Positions 10,629-21,059 are shown, counted from the first letter of the whole stretch. The stretch: 60,663 nt of DNA, filler included, from 3 parts of 3 records of this genome joined end to end with filler, not necessarily neighbours in it, one strand, 5' to 3'. Numbers and translations are program-made. Notes: generated by a model from the sequence alone, not told the origin.

Positions 10629-11324
10629 ATGACACACATTTACCGCCTGCATTACGCGCCCGACAACGCCTCACTGATCATCCGGTTGGCGCTGCTGGAA
10701 CTTGACCTGCCGTTTGAAACGGTTCTGGTCGACCGCGCCAGCCGGGCCCAGGACAGTGTCACCTACAAGGGTCTGAACCCGGTGGGCCGTATCCCGGCCC
10801 TTGAAACCCCGCAGGGTGCGATCTTTGAAACCGGCGCCATTCTGCTTTGGCTCGCCGATCGCCACGGGGCCCTGATGCCGACGCCTGATGCGCCCTGCAG
10901 GGGCGCGGCGCTGTCCTGGCTGTTCTTTATCTCCAACACCCTGCACGCCGAATTGCGCATGCTGTTCTATCCCGACTCCTATGCCGGGCAAACGCCCCCC
11001 ACCATGCGTCCCACCATCACGGCCAACCTGCACCAGCACCTGACCCTAATCGACATACAGGCGGCCAGGGGCACGAATTGGCTCAACGCCGCACAACTCT
11101 CGGCACTGGATCTTTATCTTGGTCCGCTGCTGCGCTGGTGCGCGCTTTACCCTGCGGGTGAAACCGGTTGGTTCGACCTGAAACGCTACCCAGCTCTCGC
11201 CACCCTTGCAGCCAGGATCGAGGCGCGCGACACTGTCTTGACCGCCGCCCGGGACGAGGGCCTTGGCCCACACCCCTTTACCGCCCCAAAGCCCCCCAAT
11301 CCTCCGATAGGAAGCGCAACCTAA
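10629..11324 (+). CDS. Glutathione S-transferase family protein
   Basis: YAPDNAS, LNPVGRIPAL, IFETGAILLWLADRH. Confidence 0.93.
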   Translation: MTHIYRLHYAPDNASLIIRLALLELDLPFETVLVDRASRAQDSVTYKGLNPVGRIPALETPQGAIFETGAILLWLADRHGALMPTPDAPCRGAALSWLFFISNTLHAELRMLFYPDSYAGQTPPTMRPTITANLHQHLTLIDIQAARGTNWLNAAQLSALDLYLGPLLRWCALYPAGETGWFDLKRYPALATLAARIEARDTVLTAARDEGLGPHPFTAPKPPNPPIGSAT

Positions 11325-11326
11325 CC

Positions 11327-12700
11327 ATGTTCCTTTCCGTATTTGACATGTTCAAGGTGGGCGTTGGCCCGTCATCCTCGCATACCATGGGGCCGATGGT
11401 CGCCGCCGCGCGGTTCCTTGATGCCCTGCGCGCAGCCCCCTTCCACTGCGCCGGGGTGCGCACCACGCTGCATGGTAGCCTGGCCTTTACCGGAGTCGGC
11501 CACGCAACCGACCGAGCCACCGTGCTGGGCCTTGCCGGGTTTCGTCCCGAAACCTATAATGCCGACGCCGCACAGACCGCGCTGGACCAGATCCGCGACA
11601 CCCACACACTGCATCCCGAAGGCCTGCCGGAATTACACTTCGACCCCGTGCATGACCTCAAATTCGACTTTGGCCCCAACCTGCCCGGCCATGCCAATGG
11701 CATGATCCTTATGGGGACTGACGCACAGGGTGACGTGATCCTGCAGGAAACCTATTATTCAGTCGGTGGCGGCTTTGTCCTGACCGAGGATGAGCTGGCC
11801 CAGGGCAAGGATACCGACACCGGTGCGCCCGTTCCCTACCCATTCAAATCCGCGACCGAAATGCTGGCCATGGCGCGGGCTTCGAACCTGTCCATTGCCC
11901 AGATGAAACGCGCCAACGAACTGGCGCGCGGTTCGGTCGCCAGCGTCGATGCCGGGCTTGCTCGCATCTGGCAGGTGATGACCGACTGCATTGACCGCGG
12001 CCTGACCAACGACGGCATTCTGCCCGGCGGGTTACGGGTGAAACGGCGCGCCCGCGCGATTCACGACGCGCTACTGGCCGAACGGGGGCTGAACCAAAGC
12101 GCGCCGCACACCATCAACGACTGGATGTCAGCCTACGCCATGGCCGTGAACGAAGAGAACGCCGCCGGCGGTCAGGTCGTCACCGCGCCCACAAATGGCG
12201 CGGCCGGCGTTGTGCCCGCAACGATTCGCTATTGGCTGGACCACGTGCCCTCGGCCAGTGCGTCACGGGTGCCCGACTTTCTGCTAACTGCCGCCGCAAT
12301 AGGCGGGCTGGTTAAATATAATGCATCCATCAGTGGGGCAGAGGCCGGCTGCCAGGCCGAGGTAGGATCGGCCGCCGCAATGGCCGCCGCAGGGTTCTGC
12401 GCCGTCATGGGCGGAACACCTGAACAGATTGAAAATGCAGCGGAAATCGCGCTGGAACACCACCTTGGAATGACCTGCGATCCGGTCAAGGGACTGGTGC
12501 AGGTGCCCTGTATCGAACGCAACGGCCTTGGCGCGATCAAGGCGATATCGGCCGCATCGCTCGCCCTGCGTGGCGATGGCGTGCATCTCGTCCCGCTGGA
12601 TGCCTGCATTGAAACCATGCGCCAAACTGGTGCTGACATGTCAGAACGTTACAAGGAAACCTCTCTTGGCGGGCTTGCTGTAAACGTTCCAAACTGCTGA
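11327..12700 (+). CDS. sdaA: L-serine ammonia-lyase (Fe-S dependent)
   Basis: MFLSVFDMFKVGVGPSSSHTMGPM, VTAPTNGAAG, GCQAEVG, LGMTCDP, QVPCIERN. Confidence 0.97.
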   Translation: MFLSVFDMFKVGVGPSSSHTMGPMVAAARFLDALRAAPFHCAGVRTTLHGSLAFTGVGHATDRATVLGLAGFRPETYNADAAQTALDQIRDTHTLHPEGLPELHFDPVHDLKFDFGPNLPGHANGMILMGTDAQGDVILQETYYSVGGGFVLTEDELAQGKDTDTGAPVPYPFKSATEMLAMARASNLSIAQMKRANELARGSVASVDAGLARIWQVMTDCIDRGLTNDGILPGGLRVKRRARAIHDALLAERGLNQSAPHTINDWMSAYAMAVNEENAAGGQVVTAPTNGAAGVVPATIRYWLDHVPSASASRVPDFLLTAAAIGGLVKYNASISGAEAGCQAEVGSAAAMAAAGFCAVMGGTPEQIENAAEIALEHHLGMTCDPVKGLVQVPCIERNGLGAIKAISAASLALRGDGVHLVPLDACIETMRQTGADMSERYKETSLGGLAVNVPNC

Positions 12701-12917
12701 CCAGGATTGTCGTCAGGCATCTGAACTGTGTGCTTGCCTTGGGGTTGGCGACGCCTGTACCAATGGATCTCGGTCGCGCAAATTGTTCGCGCGAACTAAA
12801 AGGAATCGTTGCGGACACAGGAAATCATCACCTACCGCAAAAGTAGCACGAAGATTGATGCACTCCGCCCATAGTAGAGACTTGCCACCTTAACTGACTC
12901 TGGATAGCGTCATCTGC

Positions 12918-13859
12918 ATGAACAAAGACAATCCCCTCTTGGGCATTTTTCTGATGCTCGGTTTCTGTATCGTTGCCCCGATGGGCGACGCCGTGGCAAA
13001 GCTGTTGGGCGGCAAGGTTGCCCTCGGGCAATTGCTGTTCCTGCGCTTCGGCATACAGGCCATTGTATTGATCCCGCTCATCATGATGGGCGGCCGGATC
13101 TGGCGCATGCACGGGCGGATCCTGCGGCTGACGGTGCTGCGCACGCTGCTGCATATCCTGGGAATCGGGATGATGTTCAGCGCGCTGATGTACCTGCCAC
13201 TGGCCGATGCCGTGGCCATCGCGTTTATCATGCCCTTTATGATGCTGATTCTGGGACATTTTGTTCTGGGCGAAGAGGTGGGCATGCGCCGCCTTATGGC
13301 CTGCGCTGTCGGCTTTGCGGGCACGCTGCTGGTGGTCCAACCTTCCTTTGCCGAAGTCGGCTGGCCTGCGCTGCTGCCGCTGGGTGTGGCCGTCAACTTT
13401 TCCGTCTTCATGCTGGTCACCCGCCAGATAGCTAAGGAAACAGACCCCATCGGCCTTCAGGCGGTCAGTGGCGTCATTGCCGTGGCAATCATCGGACCGG
13501 CCATATTTCTGGTGCCTGCCGACGTCATGCCGGCCCTCGTTTGGGAAAATCCGACCTCGGGCACCTGGGCGTTGCTGCTGGGCATCGGTCTGTTGGGCAC
13601 GCTTGGTCACCTGCTGATGACATGGTCGCTGCGCTATGCGCCCTCGGCCACGCTGGCACCAATGCAATATCTGGAAATTCCCGTCGCCACGATCATCGGC
13701 TTTGCGGTCTTTGGTGATTTGCCCAACCCGCTGGCCACTGTCGGCATCTGTATCACAATCGCGGCCGGCCTTTTTATCGTCGTCAAAGAGCGGGCCATAA
13801 TGCAGGCGTCGCGCTCAGAGCAGCCACCATGTGATCCAGCGTCGTCACCGGCAGAATAA
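12918..13859 (+). CDS. DMT/EamA family transporter
   Basis: About 10 TM helices; LPLADAVAIAF and LAPMQYLEI motifs. Confidence 0.9.
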   Translation: MNKDNPLLGIFLMLGFCIVAPMGDAVAKLLGGKVALGQLLFLRFGIQAIVLIPLIMMGGRIWRMHGRILRLTVLRTLLHILGIGMMFSALMYLPLADAVAIAFIMPFMMLILGHFVLGEEVGMRRLMACAVGFAGTLLVVQPSFAEVGWPALLPLGVAVNFSVFMLVTRQIAKETDPIGLQAVSGVIAVAIIGPAIFLVPADVMPALVWENPTSGTWALLLGIGLLGTLGHLLMTWSLRYAPSATLAPMQYLEIPVATIIGFAVFGDLPNPLATVGICITIAAGLFIVVKERAIMQASRSEQPPCDPASSPAE

Positions 13860-14466
13860 GCAGCATCTTCGCCGCATCAAACTGCAGCCGTACCGGCCCC
13901 GTCACCGCGTTCGACGTTCCCACACGGCCGTCTGGCTCAAATGTGATGTCCGAAATGGGCCATAGCAGGCCCTCTGATTCGCCACAAACCCGCCCAAGCG
14001 GATACAGGGAAATCCGGCTGCCCTGCGGCAGATCAAGCCTGACATCCGGCGGGCACAGCACCACGATATCGTCCTCGCCCACCAGAATGCAGCGTCGTTC
14101 GGGATACCGGCACAGCACGGTCATCGCCGCCAGCTGGTGATCGATTCGTGCGCCCAGGAACCCGTAGCCCAGCACCAGCGGTGCATCCACATGGCTCAGG
14201 CATTTTTCGAAATCGGTCGAATCCTGCTCGCTCAGATGGTGCAAAACCCCTGGGGGCAAGGCGGCAATCGTTTCCGCACTGGCCGAATCCATATCGCCAA
14301 TGACCAAATCAGGACGTATTCCGACGGACCGCAGCATATCCGCACCGCCGTCCGCTGCAACCACCCGCCCCGCCATTGCCGCAATCCTGGCAACAGTCTC
14401 GGGCCGGGTGATGGCCCCGCCAATCAAAAAAATTGTTGAAGTCGTTCGAATTATAGGTTTGTTCAT
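13783..14466 (-). CDS. thiN: Thiamine diphosphokinase
   Basis: VAADGGAD, IGDMDS, EQDSTDFEKCL, GARIDHQLA, GTSN. Confidence 0.93.
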   Translation of the reverse strand: MNKPIIRTTSTIFLIGGAITRPETVARIAAMAGRVVAADGGADMLRSVGIRPDLVIGDMDSASAETIAALPPGVLHHLSEQDSTDFEKCLSHVDAPLVLGYGFLGARIDHQLAAMTVLCRYPERRCILVGEDDIVVLCPPDVRLDLPQGSRISLYPLGRVCGESEGLLWPISDITFEPDGRVGTSNAVTGPVRLQFDAAKMLLILPVTTLDHMVAALSATPALWPAL

Positions 14467-14584
14467 GAGTATTTAATGCCTTGTCCAGAACGTGGCCATA
14501 ATCTCGACATTTAATGATCCCCTTAATGACATATAATTGATCGCCTTTAGCCTCCAGTACGATGTAGTTCCCTTGGTCAAAGTA

Positions 14585-14600
14585 GTTAAGAAACGAGTAA
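14585..14600 (-). promoter_or_regulatory. Possible CtrA box (one mismatch)
   Basis: Minus strand TTAC-N7-TTAAC versus consensus TTAA-N7-TTAAC, in the AT-rich divergent promoter region. Confidence 0.4.
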
Positions 14601-14612
14601 AGTGAGTTTCCC

Positions 14613-15950
14613 ATGATTGTTTCGAAAAAGAATCTGACAGTCGCCTACGGCTCTTTCTCCTGCACCTTTGAAGGGTTCGAAGATCCGTTCCTCGCTGTGA
14701 ATGCCATATCGGATTTTATCCATAGCCTCGATCTTCAGCCCAACAAGAATGATGGAAAGCCGTCGCAGATGGATGCCCGCACACTTGCTGACCTCGTACA
14801 ACGGGTAAGCAATCTGACCGTGGAAGTTCAGTTCGAAAACGGTATCTGCGTCCTGCGCGCGACCCAACCCGAAAACACGGCCCCCTCTGATGCGGACCGA
14901 CAGGCCGCTGCGCCATCCAGCCTTGACCTGACCGAATTTGCCGTCAACGCGACAGAAGCCGACGGTCGGCCAGAGTCCGGCGACCAAACGGCCCTCACCG
15001 TCAATCCGTCGCTGCCCGGTTCCGCCAATGATTTCACCGATCCGGACAGGTCAAACGACAGGCGGGCCACCAGCTTCACGTCCGAGCAAGAGGCCGAGCT
15101 CGCCCGCGAACTTGCCGAAGTCGTGGCAATCCTAAGAGACGATTCCATCGCCAACGTCGACGCAGCCCGGGAGGCGCAGAAAAACCGTGATGCGATTGCC
15201 GCTTCGGACGCCGAAACGACGGAAAAAACCGCCCGCCAGGCGCGATTCCTTCAGCCTGAATACGGGATCGGCGCGGACGACACCTCGGTCGACCGGATCC
15301 TGAAGGAAACCAACACCCAGTTCCGCGAACCCTCAGCAGACCGCCGCCGCAGCGCTTTTGCCCATCTGCGCGCCGCCGTGGACGCTACCCGCGCCGACCA
15401 ATCCCCGCAGCGCAAGGCTGATGGCGGAAAAGCCTCAGACCCCTATCGCGCCGACCTTGCCAGTGCCGTTCACCCGCGCGGCCCTTGCTCGGTGTCCTCC
15501 ATCCGTGGCAAGGGCGATTCTCGCAATCCGAACCCTGCGCCGCTCGCCCTCGTGGCGGCACAGCGTATCGGCGCTCAACACAGTTCTGCGGACGGCTCTG
15601 CCCAAACGCGCCCAGGCGCAGAGACACCCAATTATCCCGACGTGTCGCAATCCACAGCCGCCGGGGATGGCTTTGGCAAATATGTCGGCGACACCGGCGC
15701 ACAAACACTGTCTGAATTGTTAGAGGCGGCAGCGGCCTATCTCTCCTTTGTAGAGGGGCACGCGCAGTTCTCTCGTCCGCAACTGATGATCAAGGTAAGC
15801 GCTGCGGAAACCTCCCCCTTCAGCCGCGAGGATCGCCTGCAAACCTTTGCGCAGCTGCTGCGCGACGGAAAGATACTTAAGACCCACGATGGCCGGTTCT
15901 CAGCTTCCGAAGAGCTCCGGTTCAAACTCGGCAACCGCGCGGCCGGTTGA
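14613..15950 (+). CDS. Conserved Rhodobacteraceae hypothetical protein (conserved ends, disordered middle)
   Basis: N-terminal LTVAYGSFSCTFEGFEDPF; C-terminal LLEAAAAY...FSRPQLM...FSREDRL..F..LLR.GK. Confidence 0.85.
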   Translation: MIVSKKNLTVAYGSFSCTFEGFEDPFLAVNAISDFIHSLDLQPNKNDGKPSQMDARTLADLVQRVSNLTVEVQFENGICVLRATQPENTAPSDADRQAAAPSSLDLTEFAVNATEADGRPESGDQTALTVNPSLPGSANDFTDPDRSNDRRATSFTSEQEAELARELAEVVAILRDDSIANVDAAREAQKNRDAIAASDAETTEKTARQARFLQPEYGIGADDTSVDRILKETNTQFREPSADRRRSAFAHLRAAVDATRADQSPQRKADGGKASDPYRADLASAVHPRGPCSVSSIRGKGDSRNPNPAPLALVAAQRIGAQHSSADGSAQTRPGAETPNYPDVSQSTAAGDGFGKYVGDTGAQTLSELLEAAAAYLSFVEGHAQFSRPQLMIKVSAAETSPFSREDRLQTFAQLLRDGKILKTHDGRFSASEELRFKLGNRAAG

Positions 15951-15972
15951 TCACACAGAAAATATGGACTGC

Positions 15973-16003
15973 AAAAAAAGGCGGGCCAGTGGCCCGCCTT
16001 TTT
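15973..16003. terminator. Bidirectional intrinsic terminator
   Basis: A7-GGCGGGCC-AGT-GGCCCGCC-T5 between convergent genes. Confidence 0.85.
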
Positions 16004-16019
16004 GTATCCTGCCCGGCGT

Positions 16020-16241
16020 TCAGAGGTCCGCGTCAGGGTTCTGCTGCCCGACGCCCCTGAACACATACTTAAACGGCAACGCCCATAGTACGCCCAGCAC
16101 CGCGTAGATCAGCAGTTCGACGAAAATCGGCGGACGCCCGATCCAAGTCACAATAGACACCGCCACAACGATATAGACCGGCAACCCGACCAAAAGGATC
16201 AGCGCCGACAACCGGCGTCGCGTCTTGTACTTCAGGGCCAT
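16020..16241 (-). CDS. DUF2842 family small membrane protein
   Basis: Two TM helices, GLPVYIVVAV and LWALP; typically next to purA. Confidence 0.85.
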   Translation of the reverse strand: MALKYKTRRRLSALILLVGLPVYIVVAVSIVTWIGRPPIFVELLIYAVLGVLWALPFKYVFRGVGQQNPDADL

Positions 16242-16265
16242 GTTGCACATGCTCCGGGTTATGGA

Positions 16266-17558
16266 TCAGTCGGCAAAGGGGTCGGTCACAAGGATCGTAT
16301 CTTCGCGCTCGGGTGAAGTGGAAAGTAGCGCCACCGGGCAACCAATCAACTCTTCGACCCGGCGCACATACTTGATCGCCTCCGCAGGCAGATCCGCCCA
16401 GCTACGCGCGCCTTCGGTCGACTGCGACCAGCCCGGCATCTCTTCATAGACCGGGGTACAGCGCGCCTGCGCATCCGCCGCCGTCGGCAGATAATCCAGC
16501 GCCTGACCGTCCAACTCGTATCCCACACAGATTTTCAGCGTCTCGAAACCGTCCAGCACGTCAAGTTTGGTGAACGCGATACCGTTCACGCCGCTCGTTG
16601 CGCAGGTCTGGCGCACCAAAACCGCATCGAACCAGCCACAGCGCCGCTTGCGCCCGGTGACGGTGCCAAATTCATGGCCCCGCTCGCCCAGCCGCTGGCC
16701 ATCGGCGTCCTGCAGCTCCGCCGGGAACGGACCTTCGCCAACGCGGGTGGTATAGGCCTTGACAATACCCAGCACGAAATCAATCGCCCCCGGCCCGATG
16801 CCCGTACCTGTCGCCGCCTGCCCCGCGATCACGTTGGACGAGGTGACAAAGGGATAAGTGCCAAAATCGATGTCCAGCAGGGCACCCTGCGCACCCTCAA
16901 ACAGGATACGTTTGCCGGCGCGGCGCTTTTCGTTCAGCACCTTCCAGACGGGGGCGGCATATTCCAGCACCATCGGTGCAATCTCACGCAGATCGGCAAG
17001 CAGCTTGTCACGATCCACCTCTTCGAGGCCCAGCCCCCGGCGCAGCGCATCGTGATGCACCAGCGCACGGTCCACCCGCGCCTCTAGCGTCGCATCATCA
17101 GCCAGATCCGCAACCCGGACCGACCGCCGACCAACCTTATCCTCATAGGCCGGGCCGATACCGCGACCCGTGGTGCCGATCTTGGCCACATTGTTCGCAG
17201 ATTCGCGCGCCCGGTCCAATTCGCCGTGAATCGGCAGGATCAGCGGCGTGTTTTCGGCAATCATCAGGGTTTCGGGGGTGATGGTCACGCCCTGCCCGCG
17301 CAGCTGCGCGATCTCTTTCTTCAGGTGCCAGGGGTCCAGCACCACGCCGTTGCCGATCACCGACAACTTGCCGCCGCGCACGATACCGCTGGGCAGCAGC
17401 GACAGCTTGAACACCACACCGTCAATGACCAGCGTATGCCCTGCGTTGTGCCCCCCCTGAAAACGCGCAATGACGTCAGCGCGCTCGCTCAGCCAGTCCA
17501 CGATTTTGCCTTTGCCTTCATCGCCCCACTGGGCACCCACGACGACCACGTTTGCCAT
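16266..17558 (-). CDS. purA: Adenylosuccinate synthetase
   Basis: [41 protein letters not shown]. Confidence 0.98.
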   Translation of the reverse strand: MANVVVVGAQWGDEGKGKIVDWLSERADVIARFQGGHNAGHTLVIDGVVFKLSLLPSGIVRGGKLSVIGNGVVLDPWHLKKEIAQLRGQGVTITPETLMIAENTPLILPIHGELDRARESANNVAKIGTTGRGIGPAYEDKVGRRSVRVADLADDATLEARVDRALVHHDALRRGLGLEEVDRDKLLADLREIAPMVLEYAAPVWKVLNEKRRAGKRILFEGAQGALLDIDFGTYPFVTSSNVIAGQAATGTGIGPGAIDFVLGIVKAYTTRVGEGPFPAELQDADGQRLGERGHEFGTVTGRKRRCGWFDAVLVRQTCATSGVNGIAFTKLDVLDGFETLKICVGYELDGQALDYLPTAADAQARCTPVYEEMPGWSQSTEGARSWADLPAEAIKYVRRVEELIGCPVALLSTSPEREDTILVTDPFAD

Positions 17559-17711
17559 GTCTCACGACCTTCTGCTGCGGTTCCAAACCCGCGTCATATA
17601 GCGATGCATGAACCGCAGCGAAACCACGAAATTGCAAACAGGCTGGACAGGACCCGGACATACCGCCATCAAAGGTCGGCACGATCGCCGCGAAACAAAA
17701 GGAATGATGCA

Positions 17712-18107
17712 ATGGAGTTCTTCATACGCTGGCTCTGCGCCTTTGCCCTTCTGGTGATCACCTATAATCCGACGCAGCTCAGCTATGTTCGCTGGGCCGC
17801 GAACAACTATCAGACGCAACTGCCTCTGACCGTGTTTCTGGGGCTGATCCTGCTGATCGGCTATCTGATCTACCTGCGCGCCACCCTGCGCAGCATCGGC
17901 GGCTTTGGCATGATCATGATACTGGCGTTGGTCACGGCCTTGCTGTGGGTGCTCTATGACCATGGCCTGCTCGACCTCTCGAACCGCGACTTCACGGTCT
18001 GGATCGGGTTACTGGCCTTGTCAATTGTCCTCGGAGTAGGGCTGAGCTGGAGCATCATCCGGCGCAAACTGACCGGGCAGGTCGATATGGACGACGTCGA
18101 CAAATAA
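17712..18107 (+). CDS. DUF6524-like four-TM membrane protein
   Basis: TYNPT, YLRATLRSIG, GLSWSIIRRKLTGQVDMDD; AAAAGGAA RBS. Confidence 0.8.
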   Translation: MEFFIRWLCAFALLVITYNPTQLSYVRWAANNYQTQLPLTVFLGLILLIGYLIYLRATLRSIGGFGMIMILALVTALLWVLYDHGLLDLSNRDFTVWIGLLALSIVLGVGLSWSIIRRKLTGQVDMDDVDK

Positions 18108-18308
18108 AGCTGCCTGTGCAGGCAAAACATAATTCGAAACCGGCGCGTACCCCCGCCTCTTCTCTTCCAAGACGCCCCCTGTTCGCCCCTCTCATTACCA
18201 CGTGACAACAGCACTGTGCGCAATGCGGCCCCGCCGGGCCACAAGCGGGGTTGCGCAGAGGCGTACGAGCTTCTAAGTACGCGACGATCCGGACCAAAGG
18301 CAGCCGCA

Positions 18309-18695
18309 ATGGAAAACGTCATCCTCATCATCCACCTGCTCCTGGCGCTTGCGCTGATTGGCGCAGTGCTCATGCAGCGTTCCGAAGGCGGTGGCCTTGG
18401 CATGGGCGGCGGTGGCGGTGGCGCCATGAGCGGCCGCTCAGCGGCCACAGCCCTGGCCAAGGCAACATGGTTCCTGGCAGGTGCGTTCATCTGCACCTCT
18501 ATCGCGCTCACCGTCTTTGCGGCCGCCAACAGCTCGGGCAGCTCGATCATGGACCGGCTGACCGGATCGGCACCCGCCTCGGAACCCGCGGGCGACATCA
18601 CAGCACCTGGCCTGAACACCGACGGCCTGCTGCCGCCTCCGTCCGCATCGGATGGCGATGCCACGTCACCGCTGGTGCCGCGCGCGACCGAATAA
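18309..18695 (+). CDS. secG: Preprotein translocase subunit SecG
   Basis: VLMQRSEGGGLG, two TM helices, upstream of pyrG. Confidence 0.95.
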   Translation: MENVILIIHLLLALALIGAVLMQRSEGGGLGMGGGGGGAMSGRSAATALAKATWFLAGAFICTSIALTVFAAANSSGSSIMDRLTGSAPASEPAGDITAPGLNTDGLLPPPSASDGDATSPLVPRATE

Positions 18696-18898
18696 CAGAC
18701 CATCGGTGGTTGCCAAGCCGCCGAACCACCACAACAAATTGAGTTTCGCACCCCAATCGCAACAGCATCTTGCGGTTGGCTGGACAATTCGATGCGAATC
18801 CTCTATGGCATTAATCCCGTGATGCTGCGGTCCGTAAAGGGCCGTGGGTGACCAGCTCTTGACCAAAATCACCAACTAAATCACGGGGTTCGCGCCAC

Positions 18899-19069
18899 AT
18901 GGCACGTTTTATTTTCATCACCGGCGGTGTCGTTTCTTCCCTTGGCAAGGGGCTCGCCTCGGCGGCTCTCGGCGCCTTGCTTCAGGCTCGCGGCTTTTCG
19001 GTGCGCCTGCGCAAGCTTGACCCCTACCTGAACGTCGACCCCGGCACGATGTCCCCCTTTGAACATGGC
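18899..19069 (+). CDS. pyrG: CTP synthase, N-terminus (3' truncated)
   Basis: [37 protein letters not shown]. Confidence 0.97.
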
Positions 19070-19169
19070 NNNNNNNNNNNNNNNNNNNNNNNNNNNNNNN
19101 NNNNNNNNNNNNNTTAATTAATTAANNNNNNNNNNNNNNNNNNNNNNNNNNNNNNNNNNNNNNNNNNNN
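19070..19169. other. Artificial contig spacer
   Basis: N44-TTAATTAATTAA-N44, stops in all six frames. Confidence 0.99.
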
Positions 19170-19170
19170 C

Positions 19171-19419
19171 CACCCGGGCGACCCGATGGACAAGGATCTG
19201 TACGAACTGCCCAAGGAAGAGCTTCGGGACATCCCGACAGTTTCCGCCTCGCTGCGCGAAGCGCTTGAAAACCTCTCGGCCGACCGCGACTTCCTCAAGG
19301 CCGGTGGCGTGATGGATGACGACTTCATCGACAGCTACATCGATCTCAAGATGGAAGAAGTCATCCGCTTTGAGCACACTCCGCACCCCGTCGAGTACGA
19401 AATGTACTACTCGGCCTAA
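19171..19419 (+). CDS. glnA: Glutamine synthetase type I, C-terminus (5' truncated)
   Basis: HPGDPMDKDLYELP...PHPVEYEMYYSA. Confidence 0.96.
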   Translation, partial: HPGDPMDKDLYELPKEELRDIPTVSASLREALENLSADRDFLKAGGVMDDDFIDSYIDLKMEEVIRFEHTPHPVEYEMYYSA

Positions 19420-19440
19420 AACTGCGGATTACGGCATACG

Positions 19441-19468
19441 AAAGGGCTCCTTCGGGGGCCCTTTTTTA
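19441..19468 (+). terminator. Intrinsic terminator after glnA
   Basis: AAAGGGCTCC-TTCG-GGGGCCCTTTTTT. Confidence 0.9.
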
Positions 19469-19590
19469 TTGGCCGCGACCCAGGCCCTGGGCCGCGTGCA
19501 GGGCATCAAATTTCCATAGGGGCCCGATCTGGAACGTGCGATACTGAGACGGCGCAGACGATCATGTTTGCGCGCTCAAAGGATAGCGTC

Positions 19591-19722
19591 ATGGCCAAAG
19601 GTCAGGTGCGGAAAAACCGCGAAGCGAAAAAGCCCAAGCAGGCAAAAGAGAAAACCATAGCCGCAGCACCCTCGACAAAGGGTGTCGTCCAGCTCGGAGA
19701 GCATAAAAAGCCCAAGAAATAA
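19591..19722 (+). CDS. Small Lys-rich protein (43 aa), not in the ORF track
   Basis: AAAGGA RBS; MAKGQVRKNREAKKPKQAKEKTIAAAPSTKGVVQLGEHKKPKK. Confidence 0.7.
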   Translation: MAKGQVRKNREAKKPKQAKEKTIAAAPSTKGVVQLGEHKKPKK

Positions 19723-19893
19723 GAACGCGGGTCTCTAGCCCCAAGGGGCAGAGGGCACTGTTTTCCAGCGTTCACCCCTGCCCCAACTCCCCGTTTGTTG
19801 ATCGCCCGCCCACAGCGCCCGCCCCACAAAAGCCCACCTTGCTTCCCAGACCGTGCCCAAGGTTTTTGCAGCGATCTTGGGGACGTTTACGAC

Positions 19894-20928
19894 ATGACAC
19901 TTTCACGCTTCATCCAGACGGCAGGAGTGCTGGCCACCATTGCAGCCATCAACCTGCCCGTTACCGCTTCGGCTCAGGAAACCACGCCCGCCGACGCGCT
20001 CACGGTAGTTCTGGATGCCGCAGAGGAACTCGAACCGCTCCGTACCGTCACTGTTTCCTCGGATGGCGAAATCATCGCCGATCGAGGTTATGGCGGCTAC
20101 ACGTCCACCGACCCCACCAACATCAAGTCGGCCTCCAAGGTCATAGTGACAACCATGGTCGGCATTGCCATAGACAAAGGCTTGCTCGACGGCCCCGAAC
20201 AATCGGTCGCCGAACTGCTCGCCGACGACCTGCCCTCCGGTCCCGATCCCCGCATGCAGGACGTAACCCTAAGCCACCTCATGTCCATGCAAGCCGGGCT
20301 CGAAGCCACTTCCGGCGCCAATTACGGACGCTGGGTCGCCAGTGCCAATTGGGTAAGCTCCGCCCTCGCCCAGCCCTTCGTTGCAGAACCGGGCGGCCCA
20401 ATGATCTATTCGACCGGCTCGACCCATTTGCTCTCGGCCATCCTCACCGATGTGGGCGGGGCTTCGAGCCGCCAGCTTGCCCGCGACTGGCTCGGGCCCA
20501 TCGATGACTTTGCCATCACCGGCTGGCACCAGGACCCCCAAGGCATCTATCTCGGCGGCAATGAGCTCGCCATGACGCCGCTCTCACTCCTGGCGTTCGG
20601 CGAGATGATCCGCAATGGCGGCGTGACCGACGATGGCGAGCGGATCGTCTCGGAAGACTGGATCGAACAATCCTGGCAGCAGCGCACCACGTCCCGCTTC
20701 GGCGGGCACGGTTATGGCTATGGATGGTTCCTGACCGAGCTTGGTGGCCATGACGTCTCCTACGCCTGGGGCTATGGCGGCCAGATGCTCTACATCGTTC
20801 CCGATCTCGACCTGACCGTCGTCATGACATCCGATCCCAACAGCCCCTCGGGCGGCAATGGCCATCGCGACCGCCTGCACGACCTGCTGGCCGACATCAT
20901 CGGCATCGCCAGCGCAGAGCAGGAATAG
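19894..20928 (+). CDS. Exported serine hydrolase, beta-lactamase class C/PBP superfamily
   Basis: Signal peptide, SxxK (KSASK), YST, GYGYGW, AWGYGGQ. Confidence 0.9.
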   Translation: MTLSRFIQTAGVLATIAAINLPVTASAQETTPADALTVVLDAAEELEPLRTVTVSSDGEIIADRGYGGYTSTDPTNIKSASKVIVTTMVGIAIDKGLLDGPEQSVAELLADDLPSGPDPRMQDVTLSHLMSMQAGLEATSGANYGRWVASANWVSSALAQPFVAEPGGPMIYSTGSTHLLSAILTDVGGASSRQLARDWLGPIDDFAITGWHQDPQGIYLGGNELAMTPLSLLAFGEMIRNGGVTDDGERIVSEDWIEQSWQQRTTSRFGGHGYGYGWFLTELGGHDVSYAWGYGGQMLYIVPDLDLTVVMTSDPNSPSGGNGHRDRLHDLLADIIGIASAEQE

Positions 20929-20976
20929 CCTCCGGACCACCTCTCTACCGTTCACAACACCGTGATCACGCGCGCG

Positions 20977-21003
20977 TGTAACGATCTTCGATGTCCCAAC
21001 GAA
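20977..21003 (+). promoter_or_regulatory. SigF (ECF16)-type promoter
   Basis: TGTAACG-N16-CGAA versus the Caulobacter SigF consensus TGTAACC-N16-CGAA, 57 nt before the precursor ATG. Confidence 0.75.
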
Positions 21004-21059
21004 TGAGTGGTCAGGTGCCGAAACCGGCGCCTTCACGCTCCAAAGGAAGGACATTGCAA

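Noticed and set aside
11168-11326. 53-aa N-terminal extension of SdaA overlapping the GST gene
   Set aside because: ORF-caller over-extension; the family N-terminus MFLSVFD starts at 11327. The long starts given for rpiA, gor, secG, DUF6524 and lapG are over-extended in the same way.
12701-12917. Possible TPP riboswitch near the thiamine diphosphokinase and DMT genes
   Set aside because: No CTGAGA or ACCTGATC...TAA...GCGTAGG core found by eye on either strand.
13783-13859. 77-nt convergent overlap of the DMT and thiamine diphosphokinase genes
   Set aside because: Short tail-to-tail overlaps are common in GC-rich genomes; there is no evidence of a regulatory role.
19070-19169. TTAATTAATTAA within an N-run, and the apparent pyrG-glnA adjacency
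   Set aside because: Artificial concatenation spacer; the flanking genes are truncated and come from different contigs.
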